From: a bacterium
Lineage (GTDB): Bacteria > Patescibacteriota > Minisyncoccia > Phycocordibacterales > UBA918
Assembly (NCBI GenBank): GCA_002710785.1
Contig: PAMC01000016.1
Span: 13,435 to 77,434 of the forward strand
DNA length: 64,000 nt
Direction of reading: 5' to 3'
The stretch's first letter is position 1. Each line of letters opens with the position of its first letter. The position numbers and the translations under genes are program-made. This document shows positions 17,561 through 27,906 of this stretch, piece after piece. Under the pieces are notes generated by a model that was given only the letters and a program-made list of their open reading frames with translations, ran no database searches and was not told the origin of the DNA.

Positions 17561-18533
17561 GATCTTCTGCTGGTGATTGCCCCTCGTACACATGCAGCGG
17601 CAAGGCAGCGGCCCCATCTGTATGTGCAATCGGTGACCGCAGCCGACGTGCAAGGTACACATAAAACAATACAGAGAGGATAACGAGCGCCACTACAAAA
17701 GCCAATAGCACCGGCCACGGCAGGTACCAAAATGAATCGCTCATTGAAACAGCTGCCAACTGCTGGTTTTGGTAATCGACGCGCACAGCTGCAGCGTACG
17801 CGCCAAGCCACGGGAGTGCCGGAGTGGCTGTCGCAACACTAAGTACCTCGCCTGGTGCCAATGGTGCGCCGCCAGGGTTGATCGGTACCGCAGCCACTTC
17901 AGCACCTCGTTTGTTAGTGATTATAATCTCTCCTTGTGGCACCACTGTTTTTGTCCCAGGATTACTAATCCGGTAGGCAATCGCAGGCTGTGTATCGGCC
18001 AAGACGAGATTCGTAATATCTAGCGACACCGCACCGTCAGTCTGAATATCTTTCTCCGGAACGGTTAGCCGTAGAACTACTCCGGGCGCCACTCCCCGCT
18101 CAACCGCTTGCTGTGCAGTCGGTCGGTCGATACCTTGCCCGAACCCAAGCAGCGCCCGGTACACACCAGACTCAACATCACGCGGAATCGCCAATCGCAC
18201 TGAAACAATAACCTCCTCCTCAGGTAATAAACGCTGTCCCGCCTGGGTCATGGTGAGCCACTTGGCGACAACTGTCTCGCCCGACGGGAGAATTTGCTCT
18301 TGGGTGCTGGTACCGTCGCGCACTTCGAGTAGGCCATGAACCGACGGGTACACTGTGATTCGGTACGGGTAGGTATTTCTCACTGTTATCTCGGCGCTCA
18401 CAATGTCACCTGGCTGAACGGTTTCCTCGATGGCACGTGGAGAAACGTGGTGAATAGTCTGAGCCGACACAGTGTTACCGCTGGCAAAGACAGCGATTGT
18501 GAGTAACATGATTATTGTCGGTAGGGCGCGCAT
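17538..18533 (-). CDS. DUF916/WxLIP-like Ig-fold membrane protein (paralogue 2)
   Basis: Signal peptide; VSP..IE..V.PG, VAKWL, L.IP.....G.Y, ISNPG...VVPQGEI.I.N, G.Y.A.V.V.Y, FWYLPW+TM. Confidence 0.7.
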   Translation of the reverse strand: MRALPTIIMLLTIAVFASGNTVSAQTIHHVSPRAIEETVQPGDIVSAEITVRNTYPYRITVYPSVHGLLEVRDGTSTQEQILPSGETVVAKWLTMTQAGQRLLPEEEVIVSVRLAIPRDVESGVYRALLGFGQGIDRPTAQQAVERGVAPGVVLRLTVPEKDIQTDGAVSLDITNLVLADTQPAIAYRISNPGTKTVVPQGEIIITNKRGAEVAAVPINPGGAPLAPGEVLSVATATPALPWLGAYAAAVRVDYQNQQLAAVSMSDSFWYLPWPVLLAFVVALVILSVLFYVYLARRLRSPIAHTDGAAALPLHVYEGQSPAEDHDINLKT

Positions 18534-18535
18534 AA

Positions 18536-21500
18536 TTAGAATTCTGGTGTCACCAAGTACACAATATCGCTTGAGTAGTCGCCCGGCGGCTGTGTGCCAG
18601 TAACCACTATTCTGTATATTATATCCTCACTCTCTGTTGCTGGCACGGCACTGTACATGATTTCTTCTGGTGTAGTACTGGCCGCAGCGTAGGTATCGTC
18701 AAGGGCAAAGCGGCTGGTATTGCCTGAAAGTGTATCGTCACCAGCGTGGTACCCGAAACAGCTCGTGAGCCCAGAGCAACCAGCGCTCCATCCGCTTGGT
18801 GCGCTATTGGTGCCGGCAATGTCAGCAATGGTATCAGAATCGCTATTCTGCAGTTGTTGGCGCGTGTAGAGTTGAGTCCGATAGCCGCTGACAGCATTAG
18901 TATCGATTGATAAGCGTTGTCCAGCAATAGCATCACTGTCAGTTACCAGCGAACCGAATGGAATGGTCGTGGCAGTAGTGCTCGCAGTCGTCACCACACC
19001 TTCGGTTGAGGTGCCGGCTGGTAAACCGTTAACCGTAAAAGCGAGACTGCCCGACTCACCTACCAGCGATGGGTAGGTGGCTCCACTATCAAGTGGTACG
19101 ACGTCTCCGTTTGCTACGTCGTACACCCGGAAGTACCACACCTGACCGTAGTACCCAGAAATATTTTGGTACTGAATCGTAAACTCAAATTCAGTGGCGC
19201 TAAGCGCGGTATGCGTGTACCCAGTTAGCGTTAGATCCGATTCGTTGTGAGTACCACAGCCGACGCCCACACCAGCGTTACAGATATCGGTATTTGTTAA
19301 CACCTTTTCATCGATGATCGCATTATCGACGCCGGCGCCATCGTCGTAGCACCAGACATCGCTACCACCACAACTACCACTGTTTACCACATCGTTAACG
19401 GTGGCGAAGCCAGCTGAGTCAGAGTACTGGAGGCGGAACCGGGCGTTGGCTTGTTCGAGATTGTTAAGCTCGTCGACAATAACGCGCAGTTTAACGGTAT
19501 TACCTTTTTGAACTTCGACAGGTGCAACATTCTCAGCTGCTAGGTCGGTGCTCGGTGTGAGAGAGGTTTCATCGTCGTACCAACGCCAATCTGACTGCAC
19601 AGGTGAGTACCCTTCAGTGCGCAGCGAAGGATAGGTGAGGTATTCGGCGAGCTGCGTGCCATCATCTTGTACAACCCGGAAGCAGTAGTCGGAGCGTTGT
19701 GTTGCGCCATTGTGCTGAATCACCCAATCGTACTCAACATCTTCGTCTGCATTTACACTGTACGGGTTGGCAGTTGCTGAGCCACCCTCAACATACCGAC
19801 CAGACCGGTCGGAGACCGCCAAAAGTGTTTGGCCACCGGTTGGCGGGTTGGTACCAATAGCTGCATTGTCTGCAACCGCACCGTTATCAAAACCGCGCCA
19901 GATCGATCCGCTCCCGGGGGCTCCAACATCGTTCCAGCTGCTGATTGCAGAGCAGGTGGTTTCTTGTAGACCGTACTGCAACTTAAGTGACTGGAGCGTT
20001 GCAGGTAGCGTGCCGTTTGTGATGAGAAGTGAGGTGCGTAAGCGAATTACGTCACCGTCACCAACCGGTGTGTCGAGTACCGTGATCGGACTATTTTCAC
20101 CAATGCTGCCGGCGCCAGGGGGCCAGGCGTCGGTGGGGGTAAGGGCGTTTGTGTTGTCGTACCAGCGGTAGTCGTTTTGGCGGATTGAGACGTCTGCGGC
20201 CGGCCACTCCACAACCATGGCACGATACGAAAGGGTGCCTTGCGTGTCTGAACGCCAGATCTCAAAGGTGGTGGAGCTCGTAAGATACAAGCCAGCCATA
20301 ATTTCCGGGAAGTTGTTGGTCGCGCGATCAATAGTCGTGTTACCGAAAATCGCCGCATTATTGATGTCGTTTACACCAACCGCATCAAACGACACTGAAG
20401 TAGTGGCTGGTGCGGTACCCCCGGTAAAGAGTCCGCTCGCTGGAAAAACGGTCATCTCCCCTGCTCCGTTTTGAATATTTTCTATAACCCAGACTACCGC
20501 AGTATGGGTTTGGGCCATATCTGCGCCCGAGTCGAGCGAAAATGAGACCACTCCCATACTCGAGAGCCACGCCTGTACACCGTAGCTCGCCTGTTGTGAG
20601 GTAAACGTGTGCCGTTTTTGTGTCTCCAGAAAAGCTTTGGTGACAGCACTGACCGGCGTGATCGACTCTGTTTCGGTGACGCCGGCGCTTGAGAATTCAT
20701 GTTCCACTCGCTGCACCTTCCAGTTGCCACCTAAAAACTCCACAACAGCGTAGCTAAAGTCCGCACTGGTGTTGGTGGCACTTCTCGTAAGCACTACCTG
20801 ATTGGTGGAGCTCGACCAAGCGGCGGTTGCACGGTTGTTGCTAAAATTACCACGCGAAGCGTTAGTCATACGAGCTCCGGTAATAAACACAGCAATATCG
20901 CCATCGTCGGTAATTGGATTTATGGCTGAGCTTGTGGCGTACGTTTGTCCCGAGCTCATGCTAATAGTTCCTACGTCTCGCACAACCATTTCGTTGTCGG
21001 TACCAGGATCACCAATAAACTCAATGATTTCCCAGGCCACAAACGTGTTATTCACAGAGTCGGTATCACGCGTAATAGTAAAACTAGTTGGTAAGTTACT
21101 GGATGTGATGTACGCGGAAACATCGTCTGGATTTTGGTTACCGGCGCCGGTGTCACGACCAGCACCTGTGTGGTGGAAGTTGGTAATACGAACAAACGCC
21201 ACACTCGTTGAGGCGGGGGCGTCGTAGTCAACGCCGGCCGTAAGTGTAAGACTCGAACCACTGATGACGTTCGTGCCACGCTGCGTCTTGTAGTCACGGT
21301 TAGTTTTGGTGCTAATTTCTGGATACACATCGTACGCCACGAGAGGAGTGCCGTTCTCAACGACCCGGAAACAGAAATCAGTCTCAAATGGCGTATTGGC
21401 GGTAGTTGTGATTGAGAACTCAAAATCAACGTAATTTGTGCTCGAGAGAGTAGTGGTTGGTGTGCTAGCATCAGTTTCGGCTATACCTCCGTTACTGGTT

Positions 21501-24500
21501 AAGAAGTCTGCTTCTTCGTCACTTACACCACCATCAGCCACTGGAATATCAGTTGTATCACTCCCGTCAGTAAGAAACGTGGAGTCGTACATATCCCACG
21601 AGTCATTAGCAAAGGCATCGACGTTGGTCCAGCTGGCAACCACATCACATGTTGTCTCTCTGATGCCGTACTGCAACGTGTACTGGACAGGAACAGAAGA
21701 TGTGCCACCCTCGTTAGAGAGCCCGAGACGCAACCGGTACGGCTCGTTCTTGTCGATGTCGAGCACTGCCGTGTCCTCCGTCCCGCTGGTGGCTGAGCTA
21801 GCGGTTGTTTCAGTGCCGTTATCATTACGCCAGTGGTAATGCACCTGGGTAACAATTGCCCCTGAGACACTGGTGGTGCTCGCAATAGTAACCGCCGTAC
21901 TTGGCGCCACCGATGCGCCGCCCGAGACGGTAATTTGTGTATTCGGGTTAGTAATTTCAAGCTCAATTGTGTCCCCGTTTTGGGCAGTGTTCTCGACGTC
22001 GTACACAACATACACACATAGCGCACTGGTGGTCGAAATACCAACACTGTCAGAAAACGATGCGTTACCGTTGGCGGCGTCAAAGTTGGCGACGGTACTC
22101 CCAAATTGGGACTCTGTACCAGCGTACGATTCGCTGGCGCAGTTGTACGGTGCTGAGGTGTCGCTGTCGTAATACAGCTCAATATTAGCAACATCTGTGT
22201 CGGCATCAATGGTACCCATCTCAGCGATGGTAATGGCCGTGACATTGCGTGCGTCACTAGCCTCGGTGATAACAAACGCGCCACCGCCGTAGATGTCGAC
22301 ATCGCCAATTTCTGCATTCGCCACCTGGTTGCCAACACTGCTCACGTTAACATCAGCGGCAATGGACGCAGTTGGGTATTCAATATACTGACCGAGTACG
22401 GCACCCCCCTCACTAAGCCTAAAGCAGTAGGTGCTTCCCTGTGAAGCTGTGGTCGACGCAACGAGTGAAAACTCGTACTCCACAAATTCAGTACTGGTAA
22501 GCGTAATGCTGTTGGTTTGTGATGTGGTGTCGAGCAAGCCACCGTTTGGCGAGGCAAACGAAGAGTTTGGGTTGCTTACACCCCCACTGCTCGTCGCAAT
22601 GTCGGTGCTGTCGGTGCCGTTGGTGATAAAACTGGAATTGTGCATGTTCCACGCATCGTCTGCGTCGTCGACCCCCGTCCAGGTGCCCACATCTCCACAG
22701 GTCGGGTTAGCTACTCCAAATTCGAGCTCAAAGTTTGTACTTAGCGTTGACGTTGAGCCTTCGTTGGAAAGGGCGATACGCAGACGTCGAGGTTGATTGC
22801 GTGGTAAATCAACCAGGCCGGTATTTTCCACACCAGCGGTAACAGAGGTAGCACCACTCTCGTTACCGTTGTCATTGCGCCAATGGTACCCCGTTTGTTG
22901 AAGATCGGGCCGCACCACGGTGGTGGCACCTGAAAGAGCGATGGCAGTGTTAGGTTTTGGGGTGATGCCGCCGGTTACCGAGACGTCTGTACTCGAATTG
23001 CTAATTTCTACATCAATCGTTTGTCCGTCGTCAGCCGATCCGAGGACGTCAAGCAGTACGTACACACAGAGCGTACTTGAGGTGGCAACCGAAACCGAAT
23101 CCACGAACGTTGCAATACCATTAGCGCCGTTAAAACCGTTGGTGTCAGTCGCGCCGTACTGCAACTCTGAACCGTCATAGCTCTCACTCGAGCAGTCGTA
23201 GGGAGCTGACGTATCTAATTCGTAGAGCAGGCGAATATTGGCAATGTCGTTAGCACCATCAACCGAACCGTCTTCAGTGATCGTAATACCCGTAACCGAG
23301 CGACTGCTGTCGAACTCTGTAAACACGAAGGTGCCGCCGAGGTAGTTGCTCGTAGTGCTTCCTCGCACCTCGGAAATTTGCGAACCAATACTCGACACCG
23401 TCAGTGGTGGCGTCGGGTCGAGCATGGTTTCACCACGAATATCAAGCGGTGTGAGCGCATGCCAGCTCACGTAGAGCCGTTGGTCGGAGCGGTAATTAGT
23501 GTCGACGCCGTAGAAGTCGTCAGTGGCGACATTAAGTGGACCATTGTCGATACTCCAGCTGCCCATGGCACTGGTTGAACTCGCCCAGTACACGTTAGCG
23601 GAGGTGCTGCTGCCAATTGTGCCTCGCGCACCGTACGCAACGTAGACATCATCGGTGTTAGCGTCAACCGCCATGGCCAAATCGGTAATACCTCGACTAT
23701 CGTTGGTGAGGATGTCAGCCGTTTTACTCCAGCTGCCACCACTGTACTTGGCGGTACGAATGTCGTGGTCGGCGGCCGTAAAATTATTGTTGTCTGCAGT
23801 ATACGCCAGGTGAACATCGCCAGTGTCCGGGTCGACCACTGCAGTCATGCCTACTTCGTACGTCGCGCTCTCAACCGCCGACGCATCAATCGCGGTCCAC
23901 GATGCGTCCCAACTCGTGTTGTCCCACACCTTCGAGCGAACATCATTAGCGTTACGGTCGCGGTCAATGACCATGATGTCGCCACCTAACAGTGGCACAA
24001 GAATCTGCATGTCGCCTGTAACTACATCAAGCGGGTTAGTACCAGTTTCTGACCACGATGTCGACAGGTCACAGTTGCTGCTACACTCAACAATAAAACC
24101 ATCCGTGTTATCGGTTAAGCCTGTGTAAATGGTGCCGTCTGTCCCCTTCGTAAGTGCGGGTTTTGCTGCGCCGTGGCTAATAGTTGGTGTCTGGCCAGTG
24201 GTGGCATCGGTACCTGAGAGGCCGACAAGCAAAGTGTCGTTGGTGGTATCGAGGCGGTTGTAGCGGATATCTTCTCGCGCACTGTTTTGGTGCATGGTGA
24301 CAATGTGGATGTAGTCACCAGTGTCCCCCGGCGTCCACTGATCGTACCAGACTGAGATCGAGCCACAGTCGCTAAAGTTATTAAACTGCGTCGCACCGCC
24401 CCAAGTAGCACCGCCATCAGTGGTTTTTGAGTAGTAACAGGTACCGTTGGTGATGGTATAAAACCGGTAGCCAGTTTGATCATCGGTAAAGACAGTAGAA

Positions 24501-24697
24501 AAACCAGATTTTTGGTGCCGAGTCGGTTGGTTATCTGCGTTGTTGGCAATCACAGCTTCGGCAGCAATTATAGGCCGAAAGGAGAAGAAAAGCAGCCCAA
24601 ACAGAAGTACCATCAAGCACGAAAACCAAATCCGTCTCTCAGTCTGAGTCCATATGCAACAAAACTCACGGACGTTGCCGAATATCGTTAAATTCAC
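18536..24697 (-). CDS. 2053-aa secreted multidomain adhesin-like protein
   Basis: Signal region, Asp-box propeller (SKTTDGGATWG), 2x DTSAPY.C..ESY domain, 4x Y/W.W..D...RLR...Y/W.FR domain, C-terminus GDYSSDIVYLVTPEF. Confidence 0.85.
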   Translation of the reverse strand: MNLTIFGNVREFCCIWTQTERRIWFSCLMVLLFGLLFFSFRPIIAAEAVIANNADNQPTRHQKSGFSTVFTDDQTGYRFYTITNGTCYYSKTTDGGATWGGATQFNNFSDCGSISVWYDQWTPGDTGDYIHIVTMHQNSAREDIRYNRLDTTNDTLLVGLSGTDATTGQTPTISHGAAKPALTKGTDGTIYTGLTDNTDGFIVECSSNCDLSTSWSETGTNPLDVVTGDMQILVPLLGGDIMVIDRDRNANDVRSKVWDNTSWDASWTAIDASAVESATYEVGMTAVVDPDTGDVHLAYTADNNNFTAADHDIRTAKYSGGSWSKTADILTNDSRGITDLAMAVDANTDDVYVAYGARGTIGSSTSANVYWASSTSAMGSWSIDNGPLNVATDDFYGVDTNYRSDQRLYVSWHALTPLDIRGETMLDPTPPLTVSSIGSQISEVRGSTTSNYLGGTFVFTEFDSSRSVTGITITEDGSVDGANDIANIRLLYELDTSAPYDCSSESYDGSELQYGATDTNGFNGANGIATFVDSVSVATSSTLCVYVLLDVLGSADDGQTIDVEISNSSTDVSVTGGITPKPNTAIALSGATTVVRPDLQQTGYHWRNDNGNESGATSVTAGVENTGLVDLPRNQPRRLRIALSNEGSTSTLSTNFELEFGVANPTCGDVGTWTGVDDADDAWNMHNSSFITNGTDSTDIATSSGGVSNPNSSFASPNGGLLDTTSQTNSITLTSTEFVEYEFSLVASTTASQGSTYCFRLSEGGAVLGQYIEYPTASIAADVNVSSVGNQVANAEIGDVDIYGGGAFVITEASDARNVTAITIAEMGTIDADTDVANIELYYDSDTSAPYNCASESYAGTESQFGSTVANFDAANGNASFSDSVGISTTSALCVYVVYDVENTAQNGDTIELEITNPNTQITVSGGASVAPSTAVTIASTTSVSGAIVTQVHYHWRNDNGTETTASSATSGTEDTAVLDIDKNEPYRLRLGLSNEGGTSSVPVQYTLQYGIRETTCDVVASWTNVDAFANDSWDMYDSTFLTDGSDTTDIPVADGGVSDEEADFLTSNGGIAETDASTPTTTLSSTNYVDFEFSITTTANTPFETDFCFRVVENGTPLVAYDVYPEISTKTNRDYKTQRGTNVISGSSLTLTAGVDYDAPASTSVAFVRITNFHHTGAGRDTGAGNQNPDDVSAYITSSNLPTSFTITRDTDSVNNTFVAWEIIEFIGDPGTDNEMVVRDVGTISMSSGQTYATSSAINPITDDGDIAVFITGARMTNASRGNFSNNRATAAWSSSTNQVVLTRSATNTSADFSYAVVEFLGGNWKVQRVEHEFSSAGVTETESITPVSAVTKAFLETQKRHTFTSQQASYGVQAWLSSMGVVSFSLDSGADMAQTHTAVVWVIENIQNGAGEMTVFPASGLFTGGTAPATTSVSFDAVGVNDINNAAIFGNTTIDRATNNFPEIMAGLYLTSSTTFEIWRSDTQGTLSYRAMVVEWPAADVSIRQNDYRWYDNTNALTPTDAWPPGAGSIGENSPITVLDTPVGDGDVIRLRTSLLITNGTLPATLQSLKLQYGLQETTCSAISSWNDVGAPGSGSIWRGFDNGAVADNAAIGTNPPTGGQTLLAVSDRSGRYVEGGSATANPYSVNADEDVEYDWVIQHNGATQRSDYCFRVVQDDGTQLAEYLTYPSLRTEGYSPVQSDWRWYDDETSLTPSTDLAAENVAPVEVQKGNTVKLRVIVDELNNLEQANARFRLQYSDSAGFATVNDVVNSGSCGGSDVWCYDDGAGVDNAIIDEKVLTNTDICNAGVGVGCGTHNESDLTLTGYTHTALSATEFEFTIQYQNISGYYGQVWYFRVYDVANGDVVPLDSGATYPSLVGESGSLAFTVNGLPAGTSTEGVVTTASTTATTIPFGSLVTDSDAIAGQRLSIDTNAVSGYRTQLYTRQQLQNSDSDTIADIAGTNSAPSGWSAGCSGLTSCFGYHAGDDTLSGNTSRFALDDTYAAASTTPEEIMYSAVPATESEDIIYRIVVTGTQPPGDYSSDIVYLVTPEF

Positions 24698-24715
24698 CCC
24701 TTAATAATACCGTAT

Positions 24716-26296
24716 TTACTGCTCAGTACTGGTGGCTGCCGGTGGAATAACCAGGTCAAATTCGGGGTCTGGGAGCACGTCTGGAGCCGGTGACTTCTCG
24801 GGTACGGTAGAGGTTGCCAAATCGAGGATGAGCGGGTTATCGGAAGCTTCGGCTGGCGTACTGGTTGCTGCTGGCGCAGGCTCAGTTTGCGGAGCACTAC
24901 TCGTGGCAGTAGTGGCACTGGAACCAGTGCCAGACATCAGTGGCTCCGACACAATCTCATCTTCTTCAAGAGTAGGTTTGTACTGCACAAGCGCTCGGAC
25001 CTCGTTTGTTGGATCACTCGAAGGTAGCTCATCAGGGAGTTCTGCTGGCAAAGCCTCGATTGGTACTAACTCTTGGGTAATCGGGTCAAACCCGCGAATG
25101 ACTCGGTCCCCTTCTGGGGTAAGGCCTTCGTACACGAGTAGCATGCGAGCATTTTGCACTGATGCACCCACTGATGCGTCGTCAATTCGAGACTCTTCTT
25201 CGTTTTTAATATCGTACACAACAACTTCCTGGTTACCGTCGTACATTCGCTTCCAGACCACGAAACCTTCACTGACTGACGGTGCAACGTCCGGCATTGT
25301 GTTGTCGGTCAGCTGCCGCACTGATTCGCCGTCGTGCAACATAATTTCCCAGCTCTCGCTTCCCCACTGCTGCCACACAATAATGTCTCCCTGTCTAGTC
25401 GGTTCCATGTTGTTACTGCGTCCGGCAGTGAGTTGGGTTTCTGTTTCCTCATCAAAGTCGTAAACCATGATCTGGTACCGTCCAGAAATGAGCGTATGCC
25501 AGACGAGGGTGTCAGATTGCGCGTCGTAATACGGGGCAGCATCATCCCGTTTATTGTTGGTGATTTGGTACGTTTTTCCCTCCATCACCGCAAAAATCTC
25601 GCGATCCCCATCGCCATCAAGCGCTACATAGAAGCTGTCGGCTGGCGGCGGCTCTGGAGCACTTGATCCACAGTAGTACGAGCCGTCAGCTACCCGTACG
25701 CAGTCATCTTTAGAAAATTGATAGTAGTTTTGATTGGTGGCACCAGTGTGGCTAAGCGGGACAACTGGTGACGTAGTTGCGGCTACATCAGAAGCTGCCT
25801 CCGCTGCAGAGTCAGCCAGTAAGTTGTCCTCATCTGCGCTATCAGTGACGCTTTCCTCGTCGAGGACCGATGTGCTGGTTGCCTGCACAGGTGGCGTCGA
25901 TGAGGCCGAGGAGGTGTCATCAAGGTCCGGGTCGGGAACCACTTCATCACTATCCGGAGGGGCAGCTGGTGTACCTGATGGCTGATCTTCCTCGATTTCA
26001 GGTTCGGGCTGCACTACTTCGCTCGCTATTTCTTCTGGTGGTGCAATGTCTTCCGCCGATATACTAGACCCGGTCTCCACTCCGCCGCCCGTATCAGCTG
26101 GTTGCGTTTCCTCCACTTCTGCTACCGTGTCAGTCTCAATTTCTGTCGGTACCTCGTTGGCAAAAACCAAACTAACCGGCTGCGAGAACATGACGAGCAA
26201 CACCCACGTCGAAAACCACCGCACAAGACGGTTACCAAATACAAACCGGTAGAGCCACACCGACTGAATGCTATTGGTACTTATGGGCTTTGACAT
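24716..26296 (-). CDS. Exported acidic protein with TolB-like beta-propeller
   Basis: Signal region, acidic linkers, repeats QIT.N...D.AP / QLT.....N..P / LVW. Confidence 0.75.
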   Translation of the reverse strand: MSKPISTNSIQSVWLYRFVFGNRLVRWFSTWVLLVMFSQPVSLVFANEVPTEIETDTVAEVEETQPADTGGGVETGSSISAEDIAPPEEIASEVVQPEPEIEEDQPSGTPAAPPDSDEVVPDPDLDDTSSASSTPPVQATSTSVLDEESVTDSADEDNLLADSAAEAASDVAATTSPVVPLSHTGATNQNYYQFSKDDCVRVADGSYYCGSSAPEPPPADSFYVALDGDGDREIFAVMEGKTYQITNNKRDDAAPYYDAQSDTLVWHTLISGRYQIMVYDFDEETETQLTAGRSNNMEPTRQGDIIVWQQWGSESWEIMLHDGESVRQLTDNTMPDVAPSVSEGFVVWKRMYDGNQEVVVYDIKNEEESRIDDASVGASVQNARMLLVYEGLTPEGDRVIRGFDPITQELVPIEALPAELPDELPSSDPTNEVRALVQYKPTLEEDEIVSEPLMSGTGSSATTATSSAPQTEPAPAATSTPAEASDNPLILDLATSTVPEKSPAPDVLPDPEFDLVIPPAATSTEQ

Positions 26297-26521
26297 GGTG
26301 GAGAATCATTGCGATACACTCAATTCAAGCGCAGCGCCAGATTCATCCGCAAAATCAAAGATCACAAACAAGCGTAAGTGAAAGTTATGGAATTGTACGA
26401 TTGGCTCTACGTTTGCTTTGAGCATATATACCCAGGCTCTAGCAGCACTTAGCTGCCAAAGCCCATCACACACCTATATATTTTACGATTTTTTGCCACA
26501 ACTCTGGCAAGTTATCAACAG

Positions 26522-27250
26522 TTAGTTAAAGAAGGAGTCGGCCAAAATAATAGCAAAATCAGTGAAATTCATGCGCCTGTCCTGGTTAAAATCGTACAGC
26601 CACTGCCTGTTGCGCCAGGCGCGCATAAATTCGTTAACATCGGCCAAACTGACGTTACCGTCGCCATCGATATCCGTAATAAACGAAATGGCCACATCAC
26701 CACTCAGGATGCCGTCTTCACTCACTCCAACCACCAAAATTGGTGTATCGGCAATCTCATCCACTTCACTACCGTTCCCATCACCAGCCAAAAGCGTCGT
26801 CTCACTGACGCTAAATTCAGCGCGTCCACCTGTATTGGCTTTGAAGTTAATTCGCGCAACTTGATGTTCACCCACAAACCCCTTGCGGAAGGTGCCGCCA
26901 CGCAGAATCACCTGCGACCCCTCAACGTACGGATCTTGTGTCCAGAGTGAGATTACTGACTCACCAGTGTCTATGCCGGTTACCTCAACCTGATTGCTGG
27001 GAAACGAGACGGCAATATCCACTGCATTTACCGAGCGGTGTGCACCAGCATAGACGTAGACTGAAAAAGAATCCCCGGCAGCAACACTGCGCTCTGGTGC
27101 CTCCAGCCTAATGTAAGAAGTTGTGTCAGTTAGGAGGACTGTGGCAACAAGCGAAAGGGCTGCGAGTGTGGCAAACGAAAACGTGTGTCGAATGGTACGC
27201 ACTCGGGCCTGTTTACGAAAACGGTGGAGTAAGCGACGGAGAAACATCAT
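26522..27250 (-). CDS. Cohesin + dockerin protein
   Basis: GDSFSV.V...VNAVD..V.F, S..SLW..DP, L.GDG.G; C-terminal DIDGDGNVSLAD and DFNQDRRMNFTDF. Confidence 0.8.
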   Translation of the reverse strand: MMFLRRLLHRFRKQARVRTIRHTFSFATLAALSLVATVLLTDTTSYIRLEAPERSVAAGDSFSVYVYAGAHRSVNAVDIAVSFPSNQVEVTGIDTGESVISLWTQDPYVEGSQVILRGGTFRKGFVGEHQVARINFKANTGGRAEFSVSETTLLAGDGNGSEVDEIADTPILVVGVSEDGILSGDVAISFITDIDGDGNVSLADVNEFMRAWRNRQWLYDFNQDRRMNFTDFAIILADSFFN

Positions 27251-27900
27251 ATGGCATATAACGACTGACGGATGTCGGCGATGGTAGTATTCAGTTCCGC
27301 TACTCGGTTTGAGACCTGCTGCGCTCTGACGAGCTTAGCTTCTAGCACATCCGGATCAGGTACCCCGGTTTGCAAAATAACGATAATTTCACCTTGAATG
27401 TCGACTTGCTCGCTCAGCAAGTCCCCCCGCTCCCGTTCAAAATCAACTAACGACTGCCAGGTGAGCACCGGATACTCACTGACAGCAGCCGGCTCAAGTG
27501 CCGTGAGGAGCGATACGTACTCGTTGTACACCTCAAACTCCCGCTCAAGGCGTGCCACTATAACTGCCTTACGTTCTGCGAAAAACCCTCCGCAAGCGTC
27601 GAATAAACGACTGATGTCGTCGAGCTCAGTAGCGGTAAGATTGGCTAAATTGTTCAAAAGTTGCTCAAACTGCCGTCTGCTGTCGGGTGAGCAGTCGCGA
27701 ATAATGACTTCTGCGACAGCATCAGCTCTATTTTGGGCTGTCAATTCGGCGAGGGTAGTGAGTCGTTGTTCTTGTTTGGCAATTGCGCGTTCCAGGGTCA
27801 AAACTGTCGTACGCTGTGACTGCTCAATGTAGAGAGAAGCAAACGCAAAACAAAGTGCCAAACCAACACCAAGCGTGATGACAATATGATGATTTCGCAT
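27247..27900 (-). CDS. Membrane-anchored helical/coiled-coil protein
   Basis: N-terminal TM, heptad-rich, internal Cys pair; coupled to neighbours. Confidence 0.7.
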   Translation of the reverse strand: MRNHHIVITLGVGLALCFAFASLYIEQSQRTTVLTLERAIAKQEQRLTTLAELTAQNRADAVAEVIIRDCSPDSRRQFEQLLNNLANLTATELDDISRLFDACGGFFAERKAVIVARLEREFEVYNEYVSLLTALEPAAVSEYPVLTWQSLVDFERERGDLLSEQVDIQGEIIVILQTGVPDPDVLEAKLVRAQQVSNRVAELNTTIADIRQSLYAI

Positions 27901-27906
27901 AGTGTA

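Noticed and set aside
26306-26425. 39-codon minus-strand uORF (MLKANVEP...)
   Set aside because: No RBS or correctly spaced -10, the ATG lies in a hairpin, and the peptide is unremarkable
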